A stretch of DNA of 63,530 bases, filler included. It is 5 parts of 5 records of this genome, joined end to end, with 100 filler letters (N's around TTAATTAATTAA, not from the genome) between each part and the next. Parts side by side here need not be neighbours in the genome. Positions count along the whole stretch, not along the records: positions 15,669 to 31,535 come from SRR20825019_2473; positions 31,636 to 46,733 come from SRR20825019_2474; 3 more parts are not named here. One strand, given 5' to 3'. How positions within the stretch are numbered: the stretch's first letter is position 1; each line of letters begins with the position of its first letter. The translations under genes and the position numbers were made by a program. The notes beneath the pieces were generated by a model. The model was given only the letters and a program-made list of their open reading frames with translations. It ran no database searches and had not been told where the DNA came from. This document shows, piece by piece, positions 20,857-33,013 of this stretch.

Positions 20857-21872
20857 CAGAGCAGCTCATCATAGTGTGCACTTCTATGAGAAAGAGTGCT
20901 TGCAGTCATATCTGAACTGCGAGATGCGTTTTCCCTCCTGAGGGTGACGACCCTGATAACCACGTCCAAGGCACGTGTCCGCGCACATGAAAAAAGTAAC
21001 TCGCTTCGCGGATACGCTAACCGGCATAGGAGTGTGCTGGCTCCCGTTGTCGGTTCAAACAGCCTCCCTCTGGCTCTGGCATGGGGGCCCGCCGGGCCCG
21101 CTGACTCAGGCGCCCCGTCGGCGCCACATCAAGTGAGCCGGAGAGGTTGCCCGGCGGGGACCCCGGCAGCGTGCGGGGGTCGCACCGGGCGGGCCACGGC
21201 GACAGCCACGGCTTGCCGCCCCCGCCCCCTCCCCCAGCCTAGGCCATGTCGTGGCCGCTCCCCGCGCCCGTGTCCCTCCCGTCCCGCGGCCGGGGCGGCC
21301 CTGGGGCGGGCGGGCCCTAGCCATCATAGTTATATTTTTAGACTCACTTTGCCCACGCCCCAGGCGTTAAAATCTCCCAGGAGTCGAGATTGCTCTGGGG
21401 CTCATCGCCGTCAGATTTCGCTTGATTTCATTCATGATTCATTCAAGTTCGGGGGTCCGCGCCCGCGGCCGCACTCACCGGCAGCCGGCTACCGTACCCC
21501 GCTGACCCACCACACGCCGGCTCCCCGTCGTGGCGACACACTCAGTGATGAGAGTCCGATTGTAGCCCACCGATTGTCAGGTCGTAAGGCAGGCCGGGGT
21601 CGCGGGCGCGGCGCGGGCGACGCGCACCTCCATCCTCTCCGGCCCGAGGTGGAGTCCGGCCTGACCATCAAAGAGCCTTTCACTCGGGCCAATCACCTAT
21701 GTCGCCCCATCTATCGCCGTGGCTTCATTCAAGCACGCAGGTATGCTGGAAAGCCAGTGAGGTAGCTTTGATTCGCACGGCCGGAAACTTACACACCCTT
21801 GTCAGAATTTCAGGATATGAATATGAACTTTGGACTACATGCTAGAATAAAACAACTGCAACTTTCGCAGTC

Positions 21873-24800
21873 ATGTCTGTTAGATTTGCTTCCACCAGCA
21901 ATCGGGAGCTGGAGGAAAAGATGTAAGATCTTCTTCCAGTATCTTAGCGCAGCTTGTTCGTTAACACATTTGCAGAAAGCTCACGAAGGAGGAGGTTTAT
22001 TTGTATAAAATAGGAGAGGTCAGCGGAGATCCCGATTCTTTCGAAAGGAAAGAGACGGACTTAGAGATAATGGAAGAAGAGCACCAACGCAGGGTGGCTG
22101 AGGGTATTGATATTGAAACAGAAAAGTCTTCCAGTAACAGCGGGAGTAGCAGCAGTGGAAGTTCATCAAGCAGCTCTGATTCATCGTCAGATGATGACTC
22201 GACTAGCTCTGGTGAGGAGAACGAAGAGCGTGGTGAAAAGCAAGAACAGACTGAAGAGGAGCGGGTACCTGGGGAGCACGATCAGGTGCGCGAGGGAAAT
22301 AGTCCTGACCTCAATAGTGGGGCGTCCAGCGTCCACAATAGCCCATCGAGATCTTCGAATCCTCCTGTTGAGGGCACTTTGGAGCTTGTGGAAAGGCCAA
22401 CAACATCGAAGTCTCTTGGGGTTACTTTCGCGGGTGCCGAGACTGTCACGTATGAGTTGAGGTCGGAGGAAGTATCGCCTAGGGAGGAGCAGGAATACGT
22501 GCACAATCCACTGACAAAAGAAGCGCTCGCGGCAAGGGCAATGTCCCCTGGCAATCAATTGTCGAGGGCTTCGTATGAACTTGGCAGACCCGAGACCCCA
22601 GAAAGCGAGTGGACTGCATCCATCATTGAACCTATTCGCCGGCGTGTTTCCACTACCTTCACCGAGGCCAACATCCCAGAGGAGGGAATAGACTTGGAAG
22701 AGACAGCCGAGTTCCAATATGACGGGAACGATGATCTATCGCGCCAAAGAGGACCTTTCTCCCCTCCCCGCAAGGGTAGAGGTATTGACGGGTCATTTTG
22801 GACTGGAGACGATAGAACCGAAACCCCGGAGAGTCAGTGGACTGCGTCGGAACTAGATGGGCCAGCGGTGGGACCGTCTCGTGCCCATTTGAGGAGCGCT
22901 GGAGCTGACAGCTCTACTTTCAATGATGGACTCCCGGATGTCGAGGCAGCCTCACCTATCCCGTCCCACCATGAAACCGTATCCAGTGTGGGCCCACAGG
23001 TGATTCCAATCGCGCCAAGAAAAGGACGTGGAATAGACGGATCATTTTGGACGGGAGATGACAGGACAGAAACCCCTGAGAGTCAGTGGACTCCGTCTGA
23101 GCTTGACAATTATTCGAAAAGCGGCTCGAGGATCAATACCAGCAATACTGGAGCTGTGTCGGGTCAGCTTCCTGATGCCGCGGCGAAGAACGCTAGCTTT
23201 GAAGTAGATTTTGGAGACCTCTTCCAAGCCAATGTTCAATCAGCACAAGAGCCCACCAAATCCCAACAATCGGATCCTGATGGAATAGTTGGTGCTCGCG
23301 CCGAAGACGAAGACGAGGAATTATCACCACGTTCGCGGCAAATGAGACAATCTCTAGTAGTTATTCGAAGGTCTTCAGAAGCTGTACTAACAAAGGAAAA
23401 CGAAGAAACTTGGAAGGAGATCCATGGCGATCCCGGGGAGGAGGAGGAGGAAGACACACCGTATCCGTTAAGTATTCAGCCCGTTAAGGAACGCAAAATA
23501 GTCCCAGAAGTTCCAGTTGCGGATTTTTCTTCTCTTGATAATCCCACCGATCGATCGGATGTCGCGACTGAGCCAGTGAATCATGTCAACGTAGATCCTC
23601 AAGTACTGTATGATCATGTAATCGAAGTTGAAGACAAAAGTGGAAGAGAGTATCTGGAAATTCAAAGGGCGAAGGAGCAAAAGAAGATGGAGGAGAAGCT
23701 GCATGTGTTGCAAGACTTGAAGGGGAAAGGGGTGAAGATAGACGAACTCGGTGCTGAGGAAGAAATCCTTGTCGAGACATTGGGAGAATCGAAGGAAGAA
23801 GTGACAATGATAAGAACCGAAGGAGATCTTGATGAATGGGTAGATGCTACTGTAGATGAAGGTCACGACAATTCTAAAGAGCAAGATGAGATCCAATCCA
23901 CTGCAGGAAATGAAATTGAAGGAGAGGGAGATGGCGAGGGAGCAACTGCTAATAGCGAGGAAACAGATCGTAATGCTGAAGAGCTAAGGTTCCTCTTCAA
24001 GCAGTCCGTGAAAAAAGTTGCACTCATGAATGTGTTCCGTGGAGGTCGAAAGGACAAGAAAGGAAATGAAATAGAGAGCGCAACCGGGCCACGTCTCTTG
24101 AGACCCACATCATACAAGAAATCAAGCATGGATTTGGCTAAAGAGGTCGCAGAAGAAGCTAAGAAGCCTCGCCTCAGGGGACGTCTAGGATCTCTATTCT
24201 ATCTCAATGAAGGAAAGTACAACGTTTCAGGGAAAATCGAAGAAGAAAAGGAAGACAGCAGTGATGATGATGATAACGAATATGAGAAGTACGTAAGGAC
24301 TGTACGGCGCAGGAGTCAGGCATCTGTTATTCGGGAAAGTAAGTGAGGTGGCACGAAACGTTGTATCATATATCTGACAGTCAGTATAGAAATGATGCAG
24401 GAGACATCCCAGCTTCTATCTCAGGAGAAAGAGAAACTGGACATAGTGCAGAACAATACTATTAGTGTTCAGATCAAGGCTGATAGGGAGAGGGATAAGA
24501 AATTGGGGGGTTACATTGACACCGAAATTAACGGGGCAACTGCTGATCGACCGAATACTGTGTACAAGGCAGGGATTTCAGACGAAAATTTTGCAAAAAC
24601 TGCAAAAGAGCGCGATGTGAAAAGAAGAAAACAAAGGAGAAAGGAGAAGGCTGAGCTTCGAAGGGAGAGGAGGAGACGGAAGCAAGAAATCCTCTCCTAT
24701 TCTCCAGAAGATGTTCCGCCATGGTTGCCACTAAGAATTGAGGAACTTGAAAATATGAGCGATGACTCCGATGTTTCTTCTGATGTTGAAATTGATCCTG

Positions 24801-27679
24801 ATGACCCAATCAGAGATGTACATATGGAATCGCTTCCATGGGGCGAAAGGGCGTCCTCCACCCTTTGGGATGCACTTTCCAAAGTAATAACCCAAACCAA
24901 AGCGAAGGTTGATGTTCAACAGATGTTCCTCCATGAATTCGGAGAAGATGAAATTGCTGAAATATATTATCATATCATTGAAGCGAAGTGGGAAAAGGAC
25001 AGGAAAAATGCAATGAATGAAGACTTGGAGAAGACATCTTCCAAGAAAATGAACAGACTCGACAAACTGTTGAAGAAGTCGAAGAAAACATCGCAGGCCA
25101 CAATGAAAAGCACAAACAGCTTTTCGAAGAAAGGAAGCATGCTGATGTCAAAAGCTTCAGTGGCATCGATGACCTCTGATATTGATGATGATTTTGTGGA
25201 GGACACCGTTGATCAGAGAAGGATTAAGATGGTGCACGCTGTACTTCAAACCATGCGTATGATGTATCACAACCGGGCAGGAACGAAAAATAAGAGTTGG
25301 AACTTCAGGGTATTAAAGCCAGGCGAGCTTGCTGCCCACAATACTGCAGCTATCAAAGTACAGGTATGGCATGAACAAAGCGTGAATATTGCAGTATATT
25401 AACTCCTCAAAATTTCCTCTTAGCGAATATATCGGGGCCACATCGTCAGATTGAAGTATAAGAAAATCTTGGCTTTTGACAAGGAAACATCATACTGGAA
25501 AGCTGCTCGAACGATTCAGAGAGTGATCATGGGGCATTGGGGCCGTCGATATGTTAGGTTGGTGCACAACTTCTACATGTCGAGGACGTATGAGATTGCG
25601 GCAATCATTATTCAGAATGCCTATCGGACACACTCGTCTATCAGGTTCTACAAGTACTGGCTAATGGACATCAAGTTCGAAAGGCTGTACAGTGCTATTG
25701 CAGTGTTGAAGAAAAGGCATCGAGTACGGCGATTTGTAAAGCGCCAGAAACTACGGGAGATTGATGAGGAATGGGAGAAGTTAGAGGAACTGGCTACGGT
25801 CATCCAAGCTGGCTACCGAATGCACATGCAAAGAAGAAGGTACAAGCAGCTGTTAGCAATTAGAGAAAGAGAGTGGCATGAAAATACTCTAAGGAGGAGA
25901 GTGGAACATTGGAGGATTACCTGGTTCCAGAGGAGATATCGTGCTCTCATCCAGTATCGACGGAATGCGCGCGAGGAAGCACGACTTGTCATGAAGAGGG
26001 AGAGGGGAGATGCGGTAAATGCGATATGGCGAAAATATCGTAACTACAGGCAAAGGTGCATTCTGTTGAACCTGAAACACGAGATGCGTGTACAGGCAGC
26101 TCGAAAGATACAGAGTTGCTACAGGAATCATCTTGGTTTGAAGAAGAGAAAAATCTTCATTCGATATTGTGAAGGTATCCGATTTACGAGGGCATGCAAG
26201 GTGCTGTACACTGTGGTCAGAAGTCATATTCTCCGAAAATCGTTCCGCAACATTCTCACGATTAGGAAGAATATTGCCATTACTCAGGTCCAGAAGGTGT
26301 GGAGGGGCCATTTCATTCGTATGTCGTTGAAAAAGAGAATGGCTAGAAGGGAAATGCGGTTTTATCGACGTAGGGCAAATGCCATCAAGGCCCTTTTCAT
26401 GTATTTCATAGCACTACGACGGGAATTGAGGCCGCAAAAACCAAGTCTGCTGAAGACTTGGGGTGTATCGATGTACACTGGTACCAGAATGAAGTATGCA
26501 GCAGAAATATCTCTCGACAACATGGACACCCCGCGCGCACAAGCCCGCCAAAAGGTTGAGAAGGATACCCCCATAAGGAATGTCGGGTACCTCACTGGGC
26601 AGCGGCGATCACAGCGTACCCTGTCACACGGCAAAACAAGGATCGACGTGCCCCCTGGCAAGTTTAAGTTGGGCGTGATCCAAAAGTATCATAATTCAAA
26701 TGAAACCCGCAAGCCCGCGAAGATGACATCGCACCTAATGGTAAGCTCGTCACAAGCATCTCCACCACTAGTCCAGCCCGAAAACACATCGTGGTTTGTT
26801 GGGGAGCCAAAGATCCCTGCAAGCTTAGTTGACATCAATGATATTCGTGTCAAGAAAAAGAAGGATGAAGACGCACTGCTTCTTCAATGGTCAAAGAAGC
26901 AGTTTGAGGAGGAGCGGAAACGCCTATATCGATACAAAATCAAGGCCGCCCAGTCGATCCGACCAAAGCTACGCGATGAAACGAGCATTCAAGTATCCGT
27001 TCTTAGCACTGCGCTTCCACAATGGGAGGACATATATGCAAAGCCCAGGATTGGAGGTCCCGTGGAAGGCTCAGGGCAAAAGGTCACATCATCAGAGTCA
27101 GGATTTCAAAATCTTGTCCTTCCGGCAAAAGTTGAAAGCGAAATTCAAGAGCTTGTGTCCAATGATCTTGACATCACACACGAACTGAAGCCCACGTTCC
27201 TTAGGAAGACGGCAGTTTCCATAGCCGATGAAAAAGAGCGTATCAAGTACATCGAAAATAGGTTCCAGCACCGCCACAAACGCCTTATGAAGAAACGCCA
27301 CAAGAAGGTGTCACAAACCATGCAATCCATGACTGAAGATTCAGTCCTGAAAGGAAACTCCCTCTTCGATCAAATTCAGCCTGATCACTCCCGCCGCTCC
27401 AAGGAGCACTATAACAGAAGGGAGACGAACTACGTCTACGACATGTCACAAATGGCACCTCGACCAATCCTTCAAGGTGTGTCCCAGGCAGTCATCGACA
27501 GGTCGTGGTCTGGACCTATTGGCGGACATATGGAAGATATCGTCAAGAAACCATATAGCAACGCCTCTGTTACTGCCTATGATGGCAGGGTCTCGATAAC
27601 ACCTGATGGCCCCAAACCAATTCGGCCAAAGCACATTGAGTCTCCTCAGGGAGGAGGCACCTATCCAAGCTTGGCTTAG
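21873..27679 (+). CDS. Large protein (~1880 aa) with acidic low-complexity N-half and multiple IQ calmodulin-binding motifs, 4 exons
   Basis: Introns 21923-21975, 24339-24389, 25364-25423 join the ORFs in frame; VQRIYRGH, IQRVIMGH, IQNAYR, IQAGYR, IQSCYR, VQKVWRGH. Confidence 0.8.
22766..23107 (+). repeat. Two copies of a 31-codon intragenic repeat (22766-22858, 23015-23107)
   Basis: PRKGRGIDGSFWTGDDRTETPESQWT[A/P]SELD twice, 30/31 aa identical. Confidence 0.95.
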
Positions 27680-27772
27680 AGGCGCTTTAAAGAAAGTGCG
27701 ATTGTACTAAATATAGCAGCGACATGGTCTCTGGCTACTAGAGAGGCTTTCACTATTTATCGACGAGAAGGT

Positions 27773-28112
27773 TTATTTCCAACCTTTCGTTTCATAGTAA
27801 TAGCAGCTGCCATCCTCATCCCAAGCAAATAATACATCCCACCCGCACTTACAGGTTATTTTGTCATGGCCATATGAGTTTCCGTTCATACGGCATCCCT
27901 CAGTCACAGACTCACTTTTCACCTTCTTATTCTGGCAGCGAGGGCACTTTTTTTCTAGATGATATGCCTTTTTTTCTTCTTCCGTGGAAGAGTATGTCAA
28001 CTTACTAAGGAAGCCATGGCTGTCAGCAAAGCCTACAAATATATACCAGAACTTACTGCTTAGCGTTTTGGCTTGCATATCCATAACCGCCGTTCTGAGC
28101 CGTGAAGTCCAT
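27773..28112 (-). CDS. Small Cys-rich, possibly zinc-ribbon protein, 2 exons, ~95 aa
   Basis: ATG 28112, 52-nt intron 28056-28005 (GTAAGT..CTGAC..CTTAG) joins in frame; CPRC...CKCG. Confidence 0.62.
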
Positions 28113-28945
28113 TTCGGTTGTTGTATTCTCTTGCTCAATATATCAGTCTGTCTACTGGTTCATGTGTAGTTCCTGTCCTGGTTGTGGGGTCATATCATGC
28201 AGGTACCCACTTCCTACTGTGATGGCGTTGTTATGTTGACTTCAATAAAAGTAGTCACTTGGCAATTTGGGGCGGGCCGGTCGGGCACAGCCCCTCCCCT
28301 GAACTCGGCCTCCTTCGAGTCAGTGCCCGCGCCGGACGGGCGCACCGGCACCAGGCGGGCTGCGGTGACACCCGACAGGCGCGGGAGCCCGGCAGCCTGA
28401 AGGCCGGCCGGCCCCGCGTGCCGTCCTGTCTCGGCCGGGCCGGGTGACCGCGCCGGTCCGGCGGAGGCTCAGGCTCGCCACCACGGGGCCGGCGGGCCGG
28501 CCCCTGAGCCCGACTCATCAGTGCCGCTACTCAGCTGGCCGCGGCAGGCCGCATGCATTCTCATCAATTATAGTCGTTATATACCTTGTTTTCGTTATAG
28601 GTAGATGCGTAACACATTTGAAGACGCCCCATTGGCGGTGACGCGCATGGTGCCGGCCGGGTGACCTACGAGCTTGCGGGGGTCCCGCGGGGTCACTGCC
28701 GGGCTGGTCCTCGCCGCTGCGCGGCGCCGCCTACTGAGTGCCCGGCTGGTGACGGCCACGCCACGCCTGCCACTTGGCCCCGGCGGAGTGTGGGTGGGAG
28801 CCGGGGCCCGGTGTGGATGCCTTACCCGTGTTTCAGCTACTGGCCCACCCATCAGCCCGGACCTGCTGACATAAATATATACTTGTGAGGGCATCCGTAG
28901 GTTAGGGAGATAGTGTTTGGGTTTGTGTCGGTGATAGCTTTCACC

Positions 28946-31288
28946 ATGTCGTTTTCGAGGCGGCACCTCATGGTGGTGCTGGCTGCTGCGATTGTAGTGT
29001 CGGTGGAAGCGACCCGGCTGCGAGCACTAGAGCCCGCTGGGGTATTTGAAGTTGACGATGGTGTGAATACTGACAACATCGATTCAACTGTGAACACAGA
29101 CCCGGCAGGGAGTGGCAACACTGGTGCAGCATCGTCTGCAACGGTTGTCGATACTGCGTCGGCATCCGCACCAGAAGTTTCTGATAAACCGTCAGACTCG
29201 GTGAGCGTGCCTACAACGTCGACCACCGACGATCCAAAGGTCACGGAAGCTCCAGAGCAGCAAGATCAAAAAGGCGAGGAGCAGCCCTTGAAGGAGTTTG
29301 TGTTGGATGGGACAACCACAGATGCAGGAAACCAAACGATTGTGAACTCTACCACACTTGCGGCAGATGTCCCCAGTGTGATACCTTGTATAGGGTGCAA
29401 AATGGTCAACGTTTCTTTGGGGCCATTCCATTGCAAGAACAAGTGTGCCCTGCGGAGCCAGGAGGCGCAAAAAGCCTGTGACGATGCCAGTGAAGATAAG
29501 CCGAGGCACTTGATCTTCCATGACTGCCCCAATAACTGTGGGGGCCATGGCGAGTGCAAGATGTACTTCTTCCATTCGGACACCGGTGGTGGTTGGGACC
29601 TGCTTCCGAGTAATGATGAAAAATCTTGTGATATGAAGTATAAGACGCAGCGGGAGTATGACCGTGTATATCACTACTGTGAGTGCCAGCTGGGGTCATA
29701 TGGCCCAGACTGTTCTGCACAAATGCCCCTGAAGAACAGAACCCACACTCCAGTCAAGATTGAGCCCTACTACCTGCGCAGGAGAGCAGCTCAGGTGAAG
29801 GCCAAGTACGGGGAGGCACAGGAGTCAGTGCCCACCTGTTCGAGTCATGGTGTCTGGGTTCCTACCAAATCTGGGATTGGGTTGGGGGCATGCGTCTGCA
29901 ACCATGGGTGGGATGGTCCCCTCTGTGAGACCCGCGCTTGCCCGAATAATTGTCACGGGAACGGGGTGTGTATCAAAGGGGAGTGCATATGCAACAAGGG
30001 TTTTATGGGGCTGGATTGCTCAAGTGGCCAGTGCCCTGACGAATGCTCAGGCCATGGCCAGTGCTTTGTTGGAAAATGTCTCTGTGAAAAAGGCTTCGAG
30101 CCACCGAATTGCAGGGCGCCAGCAGAGGCGGCAATGGATGAGATTCCACATCCATCCGTGGCCGACATGATGGAGAAGATCGACGGCTACAGTAGCGAGC
30201 CGATAGACTGGGAGATATTGAATAAGACACTTACTCCAGGAATCTCTCCCCATGAACAAGTGAGGACTACCCAGGTGAAGAAGGACACCAGCGTGGATGG
30301 GAATGACTATGATGAATTGGTGAAGAATGTGGATGTTGATAATCGACCTGTTGTGGTTAAGGAAGACTGGGCACCCTTCGCGTCCACAGAGGGTGGAAAG
30401 CAGTCCAATTCAGGATGCCACACGAACTATTACAAGAACCTTGGGCCCCTGGGGCAAATTGGACACGAGTGTAGTGGTCATGGTACTTGTGTCAGCAAGG
30501 TCAATGACGGAGTGGGAACACCGCGTCAAGTGTATCGTCATTGTCAGTGCTTCAATGGTTGGGAAGGCGACCAGTGTCAAACAGGTTCTGGGCCGATCGT
30601 TAAGGAGGAAGACGTTGAGGTCCCTGAGTCATCGGCCAATGCTACGAATGTCTGGGGGAGCCACTCAGCAATCCCCAATCTAGAGATGCCCCTCTCAAAT
30701 GGGACAGATTGCAAGGATAACTGTACCAGCCTTGGAGTCTGCTTGGCTCGGGAGGTGGATGGCAACAGGCAGTCTGAGGGGTACTGTTACTGCATTCCTG
30801 GATACAGTGGGGTTGCATGTGAGCTGGAATGCCCTGGGAAGTGTTCTGGGCATGGGAGGTGCTCATACGATCCCAGTGTGGATCGCCCCCTCGCCACATG
30901 CGACTGCGACATACCTTTCTCCGGTGCTGACTGTGCGATATATGGTGTCAATGATACTGACGTCCATATTTCTCAAGTGGTCGAGAGCGAGGCAGACGCA
31001 GCGAGTGCTGTCAATGACACCCGCAACAATCCGGATCCAACACTGGGTGTTGTGGGGGTGCCAGAAGTCGTCGATCTGCCCAGCCTTCCGGATCACATGA
31101 AGCTAGAGGTGAAGCCATCTCCGTTAGTTGGAGAGAATCGAAAGGAGGGGGACATGGAGGATGATCAGGATCTGGCGAAGTTGTCAGGACCAGACGGTAT
31201 ACAACAAACTACTCCAGAGGCTCGGCGGGCGGACCCACCTCCGCCAGAATCCACGAAACGTCATGAAGGCACTCCCCAAGCGGAATAA
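28946..31288 (+). CDS. Secreted EGF-like (tenascin-type) repeat protein, single exon
   Basis: Signal peptide MSFSRRHLMVVLAAAIVVSVEA; repeats such as CPNNCHGNGVCIKGECICNKGFMGLDCS and CPDECSGHGQC. Confidence 0.85.
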   Translation: MSFSRRHLMVVLAAAIVVSVEATRLRALEPAGVFEVDDGVNTDNIDSTVNTDPAGSGNTGAASSATVVDTASASAPEVSDKPSDSVSVPTTSTTDDPKVTEAPEQQDQKGEEQPLKEFVLDGTTTDAGNQTIVNSTTLAADVPSVIPCIGCKMVNVSLGPFHCKNKCALRSQEAQKACDDASEDKPRHLIFHDCPNNCGGHGECKMYFFHSDTGGGWDLLPSNDEKSCDMKYKTQREYDRVYHYCECQLGSYGPDCSAQMPLKNRTHTPVKIEPYYLRRRAAQVKAKYGEAQESVPTCSSHGVWVPTKSGIGLGACVCNHGWDGPLCETRACPNNCHGNGVCIKGECICNKGFMGLDCSSGQCPDECSGHGQCFVGKCLCEKGFEPPNCRAPAEAAMDEIPHPSVADMMEKIDGYSSEPIDWEILNKTLTPGISPHEQVRTTQVKKDTSVDGNDYDELVKNVDVDNRPVVVKEDWAPFASTEGGKQSNSGCHTNYYKNLGPLGQIGHECSGHGTCVSKVNDGVGTPRQVYRHCQCFNGWEGDQCQTGSGPIVKEEDVEVPESSANATNVWGSHSAIPNLEMPLSNGTDCKDNCTSLGVCLAREVDGNRQSEGYCYCIPGYSGVACELECPGKCSGHGRCSYDPSVDRPLATCDCDIPFSGADCAIYGVNDTDVHISQVVESEADAASAVNDTRNNPDPTLGVVGVPEVVDLPSLPDHMKLEVKPSPLVGENRKEGDMEDDQDLAKLSGPDGIQQTTPEARRADPPPPESTKRHEGTPQAE

Positions 31289-31509
31289 ACACTTCAGTCC
31301 TTTCTAGCAAACTTGCTTTATTGATTGAACTTGCCGCGATATTCATATTACCAAATCATTCGAGACAATGCCGCAGAAAAGCATATTCTCTCGCAGAACT
31401 CCAGCTGTCATTGGCGCGCCATGAGCGCCGAGCCAGCAGAAGAATCACAGCAGGGGTGCGAGCGGCCAGACAGAGCTTACTGTTGGGTGCCGTCCTTCTT
31501 CTCACCATC

Positions 31510-31535
31510 CTGCTGCTGCTGCTGCTGCTGCTGCT
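31510..31535. repeat. (CTG)8+ microsatellite at the contig end, possible poly-Gln on the minus strand
   Basis: ctgctgctg run up to the gap; minus frame reads QQQQQQQQDGEKKDG. Confidence 0.85.
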
Positions 31536-31635
31536 NNNNNNNNNNNNNNNNNNNNNNNNNNNNNNNNNNNNNNNNNNNNTTAATTAATTAANNNNNNNNN
31601 NNNNNNNNNNNNNNNNNNNNNNNNNNNNNNNNNNN
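31536..31635. other. Artificial contig spacer
   Basis: N44-TTAATTAATTAA-N44. Confidence 0.98.
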
Positions 31636-32067
31636 GTCGCACTTCTGAACGTAGAGATAATACATCACGTCAGATAGCGAGGCCTGGCCACCCTGCACAA
31701 TGGCGCGCTCTTCCTTCTCGAGGAGGTGGTTTTTGATCTTATCCAGGGAGTCCAGGCTCCCCCACTGGCTCGTGATATACACAGCCCTCAGCAGCCAGTC
31801 CTTGACTACGCCTGTCTTCTCCGCAGCTTCGTCCACCGCAGCCTGGATTTCCTCGGCTGTGACGAACGCAAGGCGCTGGTAAAACGCGTCGTCCGCAGAG
31901 CCGCTGTTGTCGTGGGAGCCATACAGCTCGCCTTCCGCAATGGTTGTGTCTTCAAAGGAAACCATCTTGTTCGGGACGTGTCCGACACTATGCGCACCCC
32001 CGAGGGCACACCCCGCCAAGGCCAGCACCACCACCACTCCCAACACCGGCCTGGCGGTCTTGGACAT
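31636..32067 (-). CDS. Putative secreted protein of unknown function, 3'-truncated
   Basis: ATG followed by hydrophobic signal peptide (VLGVVVVLALAGCALG); open to the contig end. Confidence 0.6.
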
Positions 32068-33013
32068 GGCGCCTTGTCTTTCGGTCTTGTCAACTGCCGG
32101 TGGCCACATTTCCGCCGCTGTAAATGTAGTTAGTCAAAGGGACGGACCGCAGCAGCCGCTGCCGCCGGCGAGGCAGTCGGGGAGAGAGGGCGGCCGTGGC
32201 CAGCACAGGTGCCCGTTCCGGGGAGGTACGACGGAGAGGCAAGCCATGCGTCCCTTCCCGTTGTGGTCGTGACCGCCCGGGACGGCCGGGGCAGATTCAA
32301 GTGTAGGGTTTAGAATAGCGAGATCGATTCGTTATATCCGAAGACATGAATGCCGTGTCGCACCATCGGCGCATCGATTCGGACCGCACCCGCACGGGCA
32401 GGCGGTGCCGTTCCGGTTCAGGGCGGGACGGATCGTACCGTAGGACGCCCGGACCGGACGCGGCCCGAGGCACTCCGGTACAGGGCGGCTCCGCTTCGCG
32501 GGCAAGTCACGGAAGCGTTCCGTTTGTCGAGGCCGTCAGGACCCGCCGCCCCCGGGCGCCCCCGGGGCCACCGGGGGACCGGGTGAGTGCCGGCGGCCGG
32601 CCACCGCCCGCGCACGGCCGCCCCTGACCCCTGCATGGCTGAGTGCCGACCGGCGCCGCCCCCGGCGGGGCCCCGGCGGGGCTCACTGGCGCGCTGACCC
32701 ACGAGGCGCCTACGGCCGGGCCGTGGGATACGGTCATCAGCCGGTCTGAAGCTGGTTGTTGGCTCTCAGAGGTCGTGCTGATGGACTCGCAGGCAACGTA
32801 CCGCTTGGGTTGACGCTGCGCCTCACACCATGCCGTTGTGCAACAATCAGCAAGCGCACTAGACGACGTATATAACCATGGCCCTGTCGCCACCTGGGGG
32901 GCTAGGCACGCAGGTGACTCCGCGGCGAGTCACTTGAGCCGTCCGCCAGATAGTCGAGTCGCCAGACGACCTAACGCTCACTTATAGTCTTGGTTGAGCT
33001 TGGCACCACTGAA

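Noticed and set aside
20896-21765. 289-aa Pro/Arg/Gly-rich ORF and similar ORFs in the GC-rich eukaryotic spacers
   Set aside because: Expected from stop-codon scarcity at extreme GC; no domain signal
18055-27679. Fragmented ORFs suggesting pseudogenes, frameshifting or an alternative genetic code
   Set aside because: Every break checked is resolved by a canonical short GT-AG intron
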